Positions 1-9,856 of a DNA stretch of 64,000 bases are shown piece after piece. A program made the position numbers and the translations under genes. The notes beneath the pieces are model-generated. The model was not told the DNA's origin, did not search any database, and saw nothing but the letters and a program-made list of their open reading frames with translations. Source of the DNA: an uncultured Chloroflexia bacterium (GTDB lineage Bacteria; Chloroflexota; Limnocylindria; Limnocylindrales; CSP1-4); assembly GCA_963744115.1 (NCBI GenBank), contig CAVUSI010000002.1, forward strand, positions 473,209 to 537,208, in the 5' to 3' direction. The first letter of the stretch is position 1. Each line of letters opens with the position of its first letter.

Positions 1-72
1 AGATGACCACGGAATCGTAGCATTCGGCGACAACCCAGGCGGCTCATCGACCCGGACGTAGCCGGAGACGGC

Positions 73-255
73 TCAGGCGGTCGCACCATCCTGGGTCTGC
101 GCCCGCGCGACGGCCATGGCCAGAACCTCCTCACGGGTGGGGGTCATGTTGTGGACGGCGCGGCCATGCTCCGTCGTCGCGACGACGACGTCGCCCTCCG
201 CACCGGTCGTCTCCCAGCCACAGGCGCACCGAACGGTGATCGTCTCGTCGTCCAC
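73..255 (-). CDS. Small DUF1059-like putative metal-binding protein (60 aa)
   Basis: GTG start at 255 preceded by GGAGGAG; MDDETITVRCACGWETTG...EHGRAVHNM has a CxCG...H-x3-H pattern; it is the C-terminal part of ORF 73..678. Confidence 0.7.
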   Translation of the reverse strand: MDDETITVRCACGWETTGAEGDVVVATTEHGRAVHNMTPTREEVLAMAVARAQTQDGATA

Positions 256-268
256 GTAGGCTCCTCCA

Positions 269-842
269 TCAGCCGAGATTCCGGAACGGCTCCGGGGCAT
301 AGGTCGCGAGGATCGTCCGCCAGCCCGGAGGGAGCTCGGCGGCGACCACGGGGTCGTCCGCCCGCCAGCCAGGGCCGCTGTGTCGCAGGCCGTGCTCGAC
401 GACCTGGGCAGTGGCGATCTCTCCTGGGGGGCCGCCGTGGCCTCCCCGCGGGCCAGCGCGGGTCCGTCCGATCGGGGCGCTCTCCATGGATCCGACAAGG
501 CGTCGACAGGCATTCGGCACCTGCGCCTGGAGATCCTCGCCGCGGTCGCCGATGCCGTGCTCCTGTTCGCGTCGCGGCGCCATCTGATCGCGGCCACGAA
601 GCTGAGGATCACCGCCCCGCGGTCGCGGCGCCACGATGTCGAGTGGACAAGCAGGGGTTGGCCGATGACGTCGCTCACGATCCGCCACGTCGACCGGGTG
701 AGTCAGCGCGGCCCCAAGCTCGACAGCCAAGGGGCCGCGCCACACGGACCCGTAGCTCGAGGTGATCGCCGGCCAGCCAGACGACGAAGACCTCGGCCTG
801 GACCGGACCCTCGACGTCGAACCCGTCCGGGAGCCTCGTCAT
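269..842 (-). pseudogene. Frameshifted conserved hypothetical protein (HSTSWR motif)
   Basis: Protein-like segments are spread over three frames: MTRLPDGFDVEGPVQAEVFVVWLAGDHLEL / TGPCGAAPW / VELGAALTHPVDV / VSDVIGQPLLVHSTSWRRDRGAVILSFVAAI / QVVEHGLRH...PEPFRNLG. TACCAT lies 6 nt upstream of ATG 842. Confidence 0.55.
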
Positions 843-963
843 CGCGCGATGGTACCTCCGCGGCTTCCCGTCAGGACCCACGCTCGACGACCAAGGGTCC
901 CGTCTCAAGGACGACCCTGACTCACGACGGCGCCGCAGCACCCTCGGCGTCGCTCGGGGCATA

Positions 964-981
964 ACCTTTACGTAAACGTCA
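964..981. promoter_or_regulatory. Palindromic operator upstream of merR
   Basis: ACCTTTACGTAAACGT has a perfect core TTTAC|GTAAA in an AT-rich island; TTTACG(967)-N17-TAAGGT(990) is a plausible promoter for merR. Confidence 0.6.
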
Positions 982-1004
982 ATGTGTGATAAGGTCGGGG
1001 GGAA

Positions 1005-1637
1005 ATGAGCGAGTCCGTCGACGCCCTCGAGGCGACCCAAGGGGCACCCGAGACAGCCGATGGCGCGCCCGCGCCCGCCGGTCTCTTCCGGATCCAGAAG
1101 GTCGCCGCCGAGCTCGGCTTGACGACCCGCTCGATCCGCTACTACGAGGAGATCGGGCTGCTCGAGCCGGCGGCCCGGTCCGAGGGCGACTACCGGCTGT
1201 ACGACGCCGACGATCTCGACCGACTCCGCTACATCAAGGGTCTTCGGGACGATGCCGGCTTCAGCCTGGCGGAGATCGCCCAGCTGCTCGAGGACGAGAC
1301 CGCCCGGGCGCGCAACCGGGTCCGGTTCCGTGAGACCCACGATCTGAACGAGCGGCGGACGATCATCCATGACGCTCTCGCCCGGGTGGACCGCCAGGTC
1401 GCCACGCTGCGCGCCAAGGCCGATCGGCTCGAGGCGATGATCGATGACGCGACGCATCGGCAAGACCACCTGAGCGAGCACCTGGCGGAGATCGAGGCCG
1501 AGCTGGCCGGTGACACCGAGGCGGCCGCCGAGCACGCCCGGGCCGCCCACGCCGATCACCCCCACGGCCGGCCGCCGACGCACGTCCACGTCGCCCGCGA
1601 CGATCCGTCGCCGGCCCGCCGTCGCGCGCCGCGATGA
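1005..1637 (+). CDS. MerR-family transcriptional regulator
   Basis: FRIQKVAAELGLTTRSIRYYEEIGLLEPAARSEGDYRLY...LRYIKGLRDDAGFSLAEI is a MerR HTH; His-rich C-terminal tail. Confidence 0.93.
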   Translation: MSESVDALEATQGAPETADGAPAPAGLFRIQKVAAELGLTTRSIRYYEEIGLLEPAARSEGDYRLYDADDLDRLRYIKGLRDDAGFSLAEIAQLLEDETARARNRVRFRETHDLNERRTIIHDALARVDRQVATLRAKADRLEAMIDDATHRQDHLSEHLAEIEAELAGDTEAAAEHARAAHADHPHGRPPTHVHVARDDPSPARRRAPR

Positions 1638-3055
1638 GCCCGGTCAAGACCGTCGCCGGGCTGGCCGGCCTGCGCGCGCTGCGCCATCGCAACTTCCGGC
1701 TGTTCTGGTCCGGTCAGCTCATCTCGCTGGTCGGGACGTGGATGCAGTCGGTCGCCCAGGCCTGGCTCGTCCTGACGATGACCAACGATCCGTTCATGCT
1801 CGGGGTCGTCGCGGCCGCTCAGTTCCTGCCGGTGATGGTCTTCGGGCTGTTCGGCGGGATCGTCGCGGACAGCCTGCCGAAGCGCCGGACGCTGATCGCC
1901 ACCCAGTCGAGCGCGATGAGCCTCGCGTTCATCCTCGCCGCGCTCACGGCCACGGGCACGGTCCAGGTCTGGGAGATCATCGTGCTGGCCTTCCTGCTCG
2001 GCTGCACCAACGCCGTCGACATGCCGACCCGGCAGTCGTTCGTCTTCGAGATGGTCGGTCGCGAGGACATCGGCAACGCGGTCGCCCTCAACTCGGCGAT
2101 CTTCAATGCCGCCCGGATCGTGGGCCCTGCCGTCGCCGGGCTGACGATCGGCCTGTTCGACATCTCGATCGCCTTCTTCCTCAACGGCCTGTCGTTCATC
2201 GCCGTGCTGGCCAGCCTCCTGTCCATGCGTCCGGCCGATCTCCACCCGGCCAAGCCGATGATCATGCCCAAGACCGTTCGGGCCGTCTTCGCCAACCTCG
2301 GCGAGGGGCTCGGCTACGTCCGGCGGACCCACATCGTCCTGCTCGCCGTCAGCGTCGTCGGGCTGGTGTCGCTGGTCGGGATGAACTTCACGATCGTCAT
2401 CCCGGCGCTCGCCCGGGACGTGCTCGGCAGCGACGCTGCCGGCTACGGCTTCCTCATGGCCGCGTCCGGCGTCGGTTCGCTGACCGCGGCCCTGTCGATC
2501 GCCTTCCTCGGTCGTCCGAGCGAACGCATGCTGATCGGCGGCGCGCTCGTCCTCGGTATCCTCGAGGTCGCCCTGGCGTACTCGCGGTCGATGCCGTTGT
2601 CCCTGCTGTGCATGTTCGGGATCGGCGCCGGCGGGATCGCCATGGCGATGACCGCCAACACCTCGATCCAGCTGTCGGTCCCCGACGGTCTCCGCGGCCG
2701 GGTCATGGCCGTCTATACGACCGTGTTCGCCGGCTCGACCCCGATCGGCGGCCTGCTCTTCGGGGCGCTTGCCGGCGCGTTCGGGGCGGCGACCGCCGTC
2801 CTGCTCGGTGGACTTGCCGCGATCGTCATCGCGCTGGTGGCCGGGGTCTTCGCCTGGCGCTGGGGACTGCTCGGATCGCGGGCGGCGAGCCATGCAGGCG
2901 GGGCGGCGAACGGATCGCAGGCGACCGCGACGTCCGCACCCAGCCGCACTCCCGCGATCCCCGGGCTCGTCGAACTAGCGGTCGCGGCTCCCGGTCGAGC
3001 CGGCGCCGCTCACAGTCGGACGAGGCCGAGGACCGGCGCCTCCCCGGCGACATAG
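1634..3055 (+). CDS. MFS transporter (MFS_3/DUF894-like exporter)
   Basis: RALRHRNFRLFWSGQLISLVGTWMQ signature, about 12 hydrophobic segments, ATGA overlap with the merR stop. Confidence 0.92.
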   Translation: MSPVKTVAGLAGLRALRHRNFRLFWSGQLISLVGTWMQSVAQAWLVLTMTNDPFMLGVVAAAQFLPVMVFGLFGGIVADSLPKRRTLIATQSSAMSLAFILAALTATGTVQVWEIIVLAFLLGCTNAVDMPTRQSFVFEMVGREDIGNAVALNSAIFNAARIVGPAVAGLTIGLFDISIAFFLNGLSFIAVLASLLSMRPADLHPAKPMIMPKTVRAVFANLGEGLGYVRRTHIVLLAVSVVGLVSLVGMNFTIVIPALARDVLGSDAAGYGFLMAASGVGSLTAALSIAFLGRPSERMLIGGALVLGILEVALAYSRSMPLSLLCMFGIGAGGIAMAMTANTSIQLSVPDGLRGRVMAVYTTVFAGSTPIGGLLFGALAGAFGAATAVLLGGLAAIVIALVAGVFAWRWGLLGSRAASHAGGAANGSQATATSAPSRTPAIPGLVELAVAAPGRAGAAHSRTRPRTGASPAT

Positions 3056-3669
3056 TCGAACGCCAGCGGCCCTGCCGCCCCGCCCAGCGTGAGCCGGAGC
3101 CGGATCGCGTCGTCGTCGGGATGGTTCGGGTCGTAGATCCACAGGACGACGGTCCCGGCGGCGGCGTCGAGCTCGTAGCCGTGGACGACCACCTGGTGGT
3201 CGCCGATGAGGTGGCGCGGATCCGCCGACGCCACGTGGGTGAGCCCGAGTGCTGCCGGCCGTCCGGCGTCGATCTCCCGGCGGACCGCCGGCCACGCATC
3301 GCGGACCGCGAGACGGGCGCGGGTCGACGCGCCGACCGCGCCCGTTCGCCAGAACCGGGTCACCGCCACGCCCCAGCCGAGGCTCTCGATCTGGCGGCGG
3401 ACGATCTCGCGGAACAGCTCGGAACCCTCGGGGGGCGGCGTCAGGTCAGGTGGTGGCGGTTCCCCGACCAGCCAGCGGTCGATGGTCGCGAGCGCCATCC
3501 CGCCGCACAGCCCGTTCGCCGTGTCGCCGATCCGCAGCTCGAGCTCGACCGGTACAGGCCCGGGGATCCGGACGGCGACGCGGATCGCCGGACCGTGCGG
3601 CCACTGGTTGGCGAAGTGGAACCCCGCGGTGGAGGGGAGGAAGCCGGGGACCGCCCGGATCGTGGTCAT
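3010..3669 (-). CDS. Hypothetical protein with papain-like Cys-His-Asp motifs
   Basis: ATG 3669 has TATCGT 7 nt upstream; motifs NGLCGGM, DHQVVVHGYE and WIYDPNHP. Confidence 0.75.
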   Translation of the reverse strand: MTTIRAVPGFLPSTAGFHFANQWPHGPAIRVAVRIPGPVPVELELRIGDTANGLCGGMALATIDRWLVGEPPPPDLTPPPEGSELFREIVRRQIESLGWGVAVTRFWRTGAVGASTRARLAVRDAWPAVRREIDAGRPAALGLTHVASADPRHLIGDHQVVVHGYELDAAAGTVVLWIYDPNHPDDDAIRLRLTLGGAAGPLAFDYVAGEAPVLGLVRL

Positions 3670-3719
3670 CGTCCCAACGATAGCCCGGAAGGCGGCGGGA
3701 CGGCGCCGCCCTCGGCCGC

Positions 3720-3757
3720 CCATCTTGCCATCTAGATGGGAAGATGGGAAGATGGCA
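3720..3757. promoter_or_regulatory. TA operator: five CCATCT/AGATGG boxes at 8-bp spacing
   Basis: CCATCT at 3720 and 3728; AGATGG at 3734, 3742 and 3750; 3720-3747 is a 28-bp palindrome with one mismatched pair, directly before the antitoxin start. Confidence 0.75.
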
Positions 3758-3759
3758 CC

Positions 3760-4020
3760 GTGAAAGTCACGCTGGACATCAAGGACGACCTGTATCGCGC
3801 CATCAAGGTCGAGGCCGCCCGTCAGGACCGAACGGTCCGCGACATCGCCGACGAGGCGCTCGAGGCCTGGCTGGAGGCGATCGAGAACGCCGAGGACATC
3901 GCCGCGGCCACGGCAGCCGAAGCCGAGTACCAGCGCGACGGCGGTGGGGTCGACATCGACGAATACTTCAGACAGAGGGTCGCTGAGGACCGCGCGAAGT
4001 ACGGCACGCGCAAGGGGTGA
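3760..4020 (+). CDS. Ribbon-helix-helix antitoxin
   Basis: VKVTLDIKDDLYRAIKVEAARQDRTVRDIADEALEAWL fits an RHH fold; acidic C-terminus; overlaps the toxin start (GTGA). Confidence 0.85.
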   Translation: MKVTLDIKDDLYRAIKVEAARQDRTVRDIADEALEAWLEAIENAEDIAAATAAEAEYQRDGGGVDIDEYFRQRVAEDRAKYGTRKG

Positions 4021-4295
4021 CCGCCCGCTCGGCGTACCGGATCGTGGTGACGGCCGCCGCACAAAGGGAGATGGATCGGCTCCCAGCCGATGTCGTTGCC
4101 AGGGTCCGGATGCCGCTACGAGCGCTCGCGACCGACCCCCGGCCGCCGGGGGTCAAACGATTCGTCGGGGCCGATTTCTGGCGGATCAGGGTCGGGGACC
4201 TGCGGATCGTGTACCTGATCGATGACGGGGCTCGAGTGGTTCGCATCGAGCGAGTGGTCCGCCGTGCCGAGAGCTCCTACCGTCGCCTCCGCTGA
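4017..4295 (+). CDS. relE: RelE/ParE-family toxin
   Basis: YRIVVTAAAQREMDRL...DPRPPGVKRFVGADFWRIRVGDLRIVYLIDD is a typical RelE pattern; 92 aa, basic. Confidence 0.9.
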   Translation: MTARSAYRIVVTAAAQREMDRLPADVVARVRMPLRALATDPRPPGVKRFVGADFWRIRVGDLRIVYLIDDGARVVRIERVVRRAESSYRRLR

Positions 4296-4348
4296 CGACG
4301 CCAGCGCCGCGCCACGCGCTGCTCGTCTCGAGGCGCGACGGCCCGCCT

Positions 4349-5713
4349 CAGCGGTCCTGAAGGTCGTCGATCCGGTAGGGCATCGTGCTCGACGACCAGG
4401 TCGCCGAGACGTCGGCGCGGGAGGCGGTGAAGAAGCGGGTCAGCCCGGACACCGTGAACAGGATGGCGAAAGCAGGGTAGCCCAGCGGCAGGATCGCCAG
4501 GATGGCGGCGTTGGACAGCTGTCCGGCGGTGACGCCCGATCGCCGTCCCGGCCACGAACCGACCCTGCGCCCGGATGACGTCGGGACCGTGCGTGATCCG
4601 CATCAGGCGCTCGTTGGACGACAGGGTGCCGGCCGCGGCCCCGGCGCTGGCGACCACCGCCACGACGCAGATGACGAGCCACGCCAGCGGGTTCTGCGGG
4701 AAGGCCAGCAGGCCGAGGATCATCGACCCGCCGCGGAGCAGGAACGACAGCCGCAGGGTCCTCGACGCGGAGCCTCGACTGAGCATCCCGCCGACCATCG
4801 TCGCCGCGACGAGCGACGCGCCGGACGCGAGCGCAGCGAGCAGGATCGCGAACGCCGGCGGGAGGTGCAGGACGCTGATCGCGTAGATCGACAGATACGG
4901 ACCGAACCCGGCGCCGAACGCGGCAAGGGTGATCGAGCGCAAGAAGCGGTCGAGCTCGCGCGGTCCGGGTCCCTTGGCCGGCGTCGTCGGCCGGCCGGTG
5001 GCGGGGTCAAGGACCGGCTCGGCGGGCCGTGGTTCGGCCACCCGGACCCGGCCGGGCTTGGGCAGGCGACGGACGACCAGCAGCTCGGCGACTCCCGCGA
5101 CGCCCGCCACGACGAAGACGGCGGCGTAGATCAGCACGCCGACCCGTGACTCCGTGAGCTGGACGAGGATGGCCACGGGCAGCAGGAGGAAGGCGCCGAG
5201 GCCCAGGTTGGTGCCCATCACCCTCGGCGCGACGAAACGGCGCTCGCCGTCGGGCATGATCGCCCCGAACCAGGCGAGGAGGTTCGTCCCGCCGATCGTG
5301 GTCGCGGCGCCGGCCATCGTCATGACGGCGCCGATGGCGACGATCGCGACCGAGGCCGGCATGACCTTGGCCCAGACGAGGAAGGTCAGGATCGCCAGGA
5401 TGAACCCGCGGGTCTCACCGACCAGCAGGATCGCCAGGGTGACGCCGCGAAGGTTGCCGTCGAACCGACGCAGGAGGCGCGGGACGAGCAGCTGGGCCGC
5501 CGAGAACGCGAACGGCAGGACACCGATGACCGTCGCCACGGCCGGTGAGGCACCGAGCACGAGCAGGAGCGGGACGGTGAGCCCGTCGCCGGCCAGGGCG
5601 GACACGGCCGCCTGCCCCATGCCGATCCCGAGGTAGCGCCGATAACGCTTGCCGAGGAAGATGCGCCACTCGTCGAGGGCGGTGCGCAGCGCGGGCTGCC
5701 TCGGCTGATCCAT
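4349..5713 (-). CDS. MFS transporter, frameshifted near the C-terminus
   Basis: Many TM segments in ORF 4277..5713. After GTAIG (~4480) one extra G shifts the frame; the alternative frame continues [26 protein letters not shown]...LQDR to a stop at 4349. Confidence 0.75.
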
Positions 5714-5812
5714 CGCGCCAAGCCTACCCGCGGTGGGGTGGCGACCGATGCCGATCGCGGTCGGCGGGCCGCTCCCGGCCGGTCCAGGCTCGAGGAGCCC
5801 GGCGGCCTGCCG

Positions 5813-6910
5813 TCAGGCGGCGATCCTCGGGCCGTACCAGACGCTGGCGGCGATGATCAGGTAAAGGGCGACAAGGGCGAGGCCCTCGAGCCAGGTCGAC
5901 TCACCGTCGAACACGATGAGCGCGCCGAGGATCACGGCCAGAGCCAGCGACCCGAGCAGGAGCGGGGTCAGCACGAGCGTCAGCGGCGGGCCGCCGATGA
6001 CCATCGAGATGAGGACGAGTGCCGGGGTCAGCGCCAGGGCGATCTGGAGGCTCGAGTTCAGGATCAGGCTCGCCGCGAGGTCGACCTGGTTCTTGATCGC
6101 GAACCGGACCCCGACGACGTTCTCGACCGCATTGCCGGCGATGGCCACGACGACCAGCCCGGCGAACTCCTCGGAGATGCCGAGCGACGCGAGCGACGGC
6201 ACCAGGGCGTCGACGAACCACTCGGAAACGAGCGCGGCGCCGGCCGCCGACAGGGCGAGGAGCCCGATCGCCAGCGGCAACGGCCAGACCTCGTCGACCG
6301 GAGCCTCCATCGCGCTCGCGCCGGGACCACCCGAGATCGAGAACGGGATCGACGCGGCGAACAGGACCAGCAGGACGAGCGCCGTGAACACGCTGAGCTC
6401 CTGGGCGTGTCCCGCGTCCGGGGCGCCGGGTGCCGTGGCGAGGGTCGGGATCGCCAGGGCCGCCACGGCCAGGACGAGCAACACGGCGATCATCCGGACC
6501 GGCGCGGCTCCGAACCGGAGGACCCCGTTCGTCCGACCGCCGAAGAAGAAGGCGAGGCCGAGCACGAGCAGGCAGTTGGCCAGGATCGACCCGACAAGCG
6601 CCGTCTGCACGACGACGACGAGACCGGCCTGCAGCGCGAAGATCGAGATGAACAGCTCGGGCAGGTTGCCCAGCGCGGACTGGAGGACGCCGGTCTTGCC
6701 CGGGCCGAGGCGGTGACCGAGCTGGTCCGTGCCCGAGCCGATCAGCCCGGCCAGCCCCGCCAGGGCGATCGCCGAGACGACGAACACGAGCGCGTGCGGC
6801 GCCCCCGCGAACTGGAGGACCGCGGTGGCGATCGTCAGCCCGCCGGCGACGACGAGCAGGATCGAGGCGGTCCGCCCGAGGGTCCGGAGCAGCGCGGACA
6901 GGGCGGTCAT
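5813..6910 (-). CDS. cax: Ca2+/H+ antiporter (CAX/ChaA family)
   Basis: Alpha-repeats GNLPEL and GNAVEN; about 10 TM segments; ATG 6910 has TATCAT 7 nt upstream. Confidence 0.92.
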   Translation of the reverse strand: MTALSALLRTLGRTASILLVVAGGLTIATAVLQFAGAPHALVFVVSAIALAGLAGLIGSGTDQLGHRLGPGKTGVLQSALGNLPELFISIFALQAGLVVVVQTALVGSILANCLLVLGLAFFFGGRTNGVLRFGAAPVRMIAVLLVLAVAALAIPTLATAPGAPDAGHAQELSVFTALVLLVLFAASIPFSISGGPGASAMEAPVDEVWPLPLAIGLLALSAAGAALVSEWFVDALVPSLASLGISEEFAGLVVVAIAGNAVENVVGVRFAIKNQVDLAASLILNSSLQIALALTPALVLISMVIGGPPLTLVLTPLLLGSLALAVILGALIVFDGESTWLEGLALVALYLIIAASVWYGPRIAA

Positions 6911-6958
6911 GCGCGGGATGATACGGGTCCGGTCGGCCCGCATTGCTACCATCGACGC

Positions 6959-9059
6959 ATGCCCACCAACCGGCTCGCCGGCGAGACGAGCCCGTACCTC
7001 CTCCAGCACGCCCACAACCCCGTGGACTGGTATCCGTGGGGCGAGGAGGCGCTCGTCCGTGCGCGCGCGGAGGACAAGCCGATCTTCCTTTCGATCGGCT
7101 ACGCGGCCTGTCACTGGTGCCACGTCATGGAACGCGAGTCGTTCGAGGACGAGGCGACGGCCGCCGACCTGAACCGCGACTTCGTGCCGATCAAGGTCGA
7201 CCGCGAGGAGCGGCCGGATCTCGACCAGGTCTACATGGCCGCGGTCCAGGCGATGACCGGGCAGCGGCGGCTGGCCGATGAGCGTCTTCCTGACGCCCGA
7301 CGGGCGGCCGTTCTACGGCGGCACGTACTTCCCGGACTCGCCGCGTCACGGGATGCCCGCGTTCCGTCAGGTCCTCGAGGGCGTCGCTCGCGCCTACCGC
7401 GAGCAGCGCGACGAGGTCGAGCGGTCCGGCGGGGCGATCGTGGCGGCCATCGCCGACGCGTCGCGGTTCGGCGCGACCGGCGGTCCGGCCGACGTCCCCG
7501 CCCAGGGCCTGCCCGACCGGACCGTGCTGGACGCGGCGGTCGCCGCCCTCGAGCGGACGTTCGACCCGCGGCACGGCGGCTGGGGTGCCGCTCCGAAGTT
7601 CCCGCAGCCGATGACCATCGAGTTCCTGCTCCGGCGGGCGGCCTCGGGCGACGACGACGGCCGGTCGCTGGCGATGGCGCGGCGGACGCTCGACGCGATG
7701 GCCGACGGGGGGATCCACGACCAGCTCGGCGGCGGCTTCCACCGCTACGCGACCGACGCGATCTGGCTCGTGCCGCACTTCGAGCAGATGCTCTACGACA
7801 ACGCCCAGCTCGCCCGGGTCTACCTCCATGCCTGGCAGCTGACCGGCGACCGACGCTACCGCGAGGTCGCGCTCGGCACGCTCGACTACATGGCACGGGA
7901 GCTGCTCACGGCGGACGGGGCATTCGCGGCGAGCCAGGATGCCGACACCGACGGCGACGAGGGGGCGACCTTCGTGTGGACCGCCGAGGAGATCCGGCGG
8001 ATCCTCGGCCCCGACGAGGCGGCCCTGTTCGGCGCGGCGTACGACGTGACCGAGGGCGGCAACTGGGAGGGCCGGACGATCCTCCGCCGGGTCCGCTCCG
8101 ATGCCGAGCTCGCGGCGATGAGCGGGACGCCCGCCGACGAGGTCGCCCTGCGCCTGGCGACGGCGCGCGAGACGCTCCTGGCGGTCCGCGCCGATCGTCC
8201 GCAGCCGGCCCGCGACGACAAGGCCCTCGCCGGCTGGAACGGGCTCGCCCTCGGGGCGCTGGCGGACGCGGCGGCGGCTCTCGAGACCGCCGGCGACGAC
8301 GCCGACGAGGCCCTCGCGGCGCGCTACCGCGACGTGGCGACGACGGCCGCCGAAACCCTCCTGGCGAACCTCCGCGCGCCGGACGGTCGCCTGCGCCGGA
8401 GCTGGAAGGACGGGCGCGCCTCCGCCGACGGCGTCCTCGAGGACTACGCCTGCCTCGCCGACGGCCTGTTCGCGCTGTACGGCGCGACGTTCGACGAGCG
8501 CTGGTTCGTGGCCGCCCGAAGCCTCGCCGACACGATCCTGGCGGAGTTCGCGGACCCGGCCGGCGGGTTCTTCGACACGGGCGACCGCCACGAGACCCTC
8601 GTCACCCGACCGAAGGACCTCCAGGACAATGCGGTCCCCTCGGGGAACGCGATGGCCGTCACGGTCCTGCTCGAGCTGGCCAGCCTCACCGGCGAGGGCC
8701 GCTACGTGGCCGCCGCGGAGCGCGCCGTCGCGCAGGTCTCGGGGGTGCTCGCCCGATATCCGGGCGGGTTCGGGCAGTGGCTGATCGCGCTCGACCTCGC
8801 CCTGGCCGACGTGGTCGAGGTCGCGGTGGTCGGCGACCCGGCGGACGAAGCCACGGCCCGGTTGGTGCGTCCGGCCCGGACCGGCTACCGGCCGCACACC
8901 GTGGTCGCCTGCGCGGCCGATCCGGAAGCCAGCACGATCGAGCTCCTCGGCTCGCGGTTCCGCCTCGCGGGTCGGCCCACCGCGTACGTCTGCCGCGACT
9001 TCGCCTGCCGCCAACCGGTGACCGAGCCGGAGGCCCTGGCGGCCCTGCTGCTCGAATGA
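6959..9059 (+). CDS. YyaL/SSP411-family thioredoxin-domain protein, one frameshift
   Basis: [53 protein letters not shown]. An extra C at ~7264 breaks [13 protein letters not shown]. Confidence 0.92.
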
Positions 9060-9068
9060 GGTGACCCG

Positions 9069-9299
9069 ATGAGCGAGTCGTCAAGCCAGCATCCGGTCTC
9101 CGACGCGGGCTGTCTCCGATGCAACGCACCCCTCGAGTCACTGGGCGTCCACCAGTTCCGCACCGGCGGCACGACCGGGGGCTGGAAGCTTCTGTTCGGT
9201 GAGTGGGCCGAGGTCGGCGAGGACATGCTCCCGTTCGAGGTCCGCGCCTGTCGAGCCTGCGGCAACGTCGAGCTGCGCCTGCCATCGACCGGCCGATGA
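9069..9299 (+). CDS. Small zinc-ribbon protein
   Basis: CLRC...CRAC pairs in 76 aa; AGGTGA RBS; stop overlaps the next start. Confidence 0.8.
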   Translation: MSESSSQHPVSDAGCLRCNAPLESLGVHQFRTGGTTGGWKLLFGEWAEVGEDMLPFEVRACRACGNVELRLPSTGR

Positions 9300-9850
9300 C
9301 CGTCAGCGTCCGTGAGATCCACCCGGACGAGTACGACGCGCTCGGGGCGATCACGGTCGCGGCCTACCTGACCGTGGGCGAGGACGGCCATGACGGGTAC
9401 CTGGACGTCGTCCGTGACGTCGCGCGGCGGGCCGCCAGCTGTCCGGTCCTGGTCGCGGTCGACCACGACGGCCGGATCCTGGGCGGCGTGACCTACGTCC
9501 CCGGACCGGGCACGCCATGGTCGGAGTCCGAACGCGAGGGCGAAGCCGGGTTCCGGATGCTCGCGGTCGATCCGGCCGGCGGCCAGGGTCGGGGGGCCGG
9601 GCGCGCGCTCGTCCAGGCCTGCATCGACCGGGCCCGCGCCGAGGGTCGCTCACGGATCGTCCTGCTGACCCGGCCCCGGATGACGGCGGCCCAGCGGCTG
9701 TACCAGCGGATGGGGTTCCGGCGCGCTCCCGAGCGCGACTGGGAGCCGGAGCCTGGGATCGAGCTGCTCGGGTTCGAGCTGGATCTCGGGCTGGACACGC
9801 TGCCGGACGGTGCGGCGGACGGTTCGACGACCCTCGACCGAGCCGACTGA
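9296..9850 (+). CDS. GNAT acetyltransferase
   Basis: FRMLAVDPAGGQGRGAGRALV (motif A) and MTAAQRLYQRMGF (motif B). Confidence 0.9.
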   Translation: MTVSVREIHPDEYDALGAITVAAYLTVGEDGHDGYLDVVRDVARRAASCPVLVAVDHDGRILGGVTYVPGPGTPWSESEREGEAGFRMLAVDPAGGQGRGAGRALVQACIDRARAEGRSRIVLLTRPRMTAAQRLYQRMGFRRAPERDWEPEPGIELLGFELDLGLDTLPDGAADGSTTLDRAD

Positions 9851-9856
9851 CCGCGG

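Noticed and set aside
1-72. Possible gene start running off the left edge
   Set aside because: Too little sequence to support a call.
3010-4295. TA module as the marker of a mobile or defence island
   Set aside because: No integrase, transposase, tRNA, compositional shift or flanking repeats.
5738-9064. 1108-aa ORF
   Set aside because: A chimera of the CAX antisense shadow, the true YyaL N-terminus and out-of-frame sequence after the 7264 frameshift.
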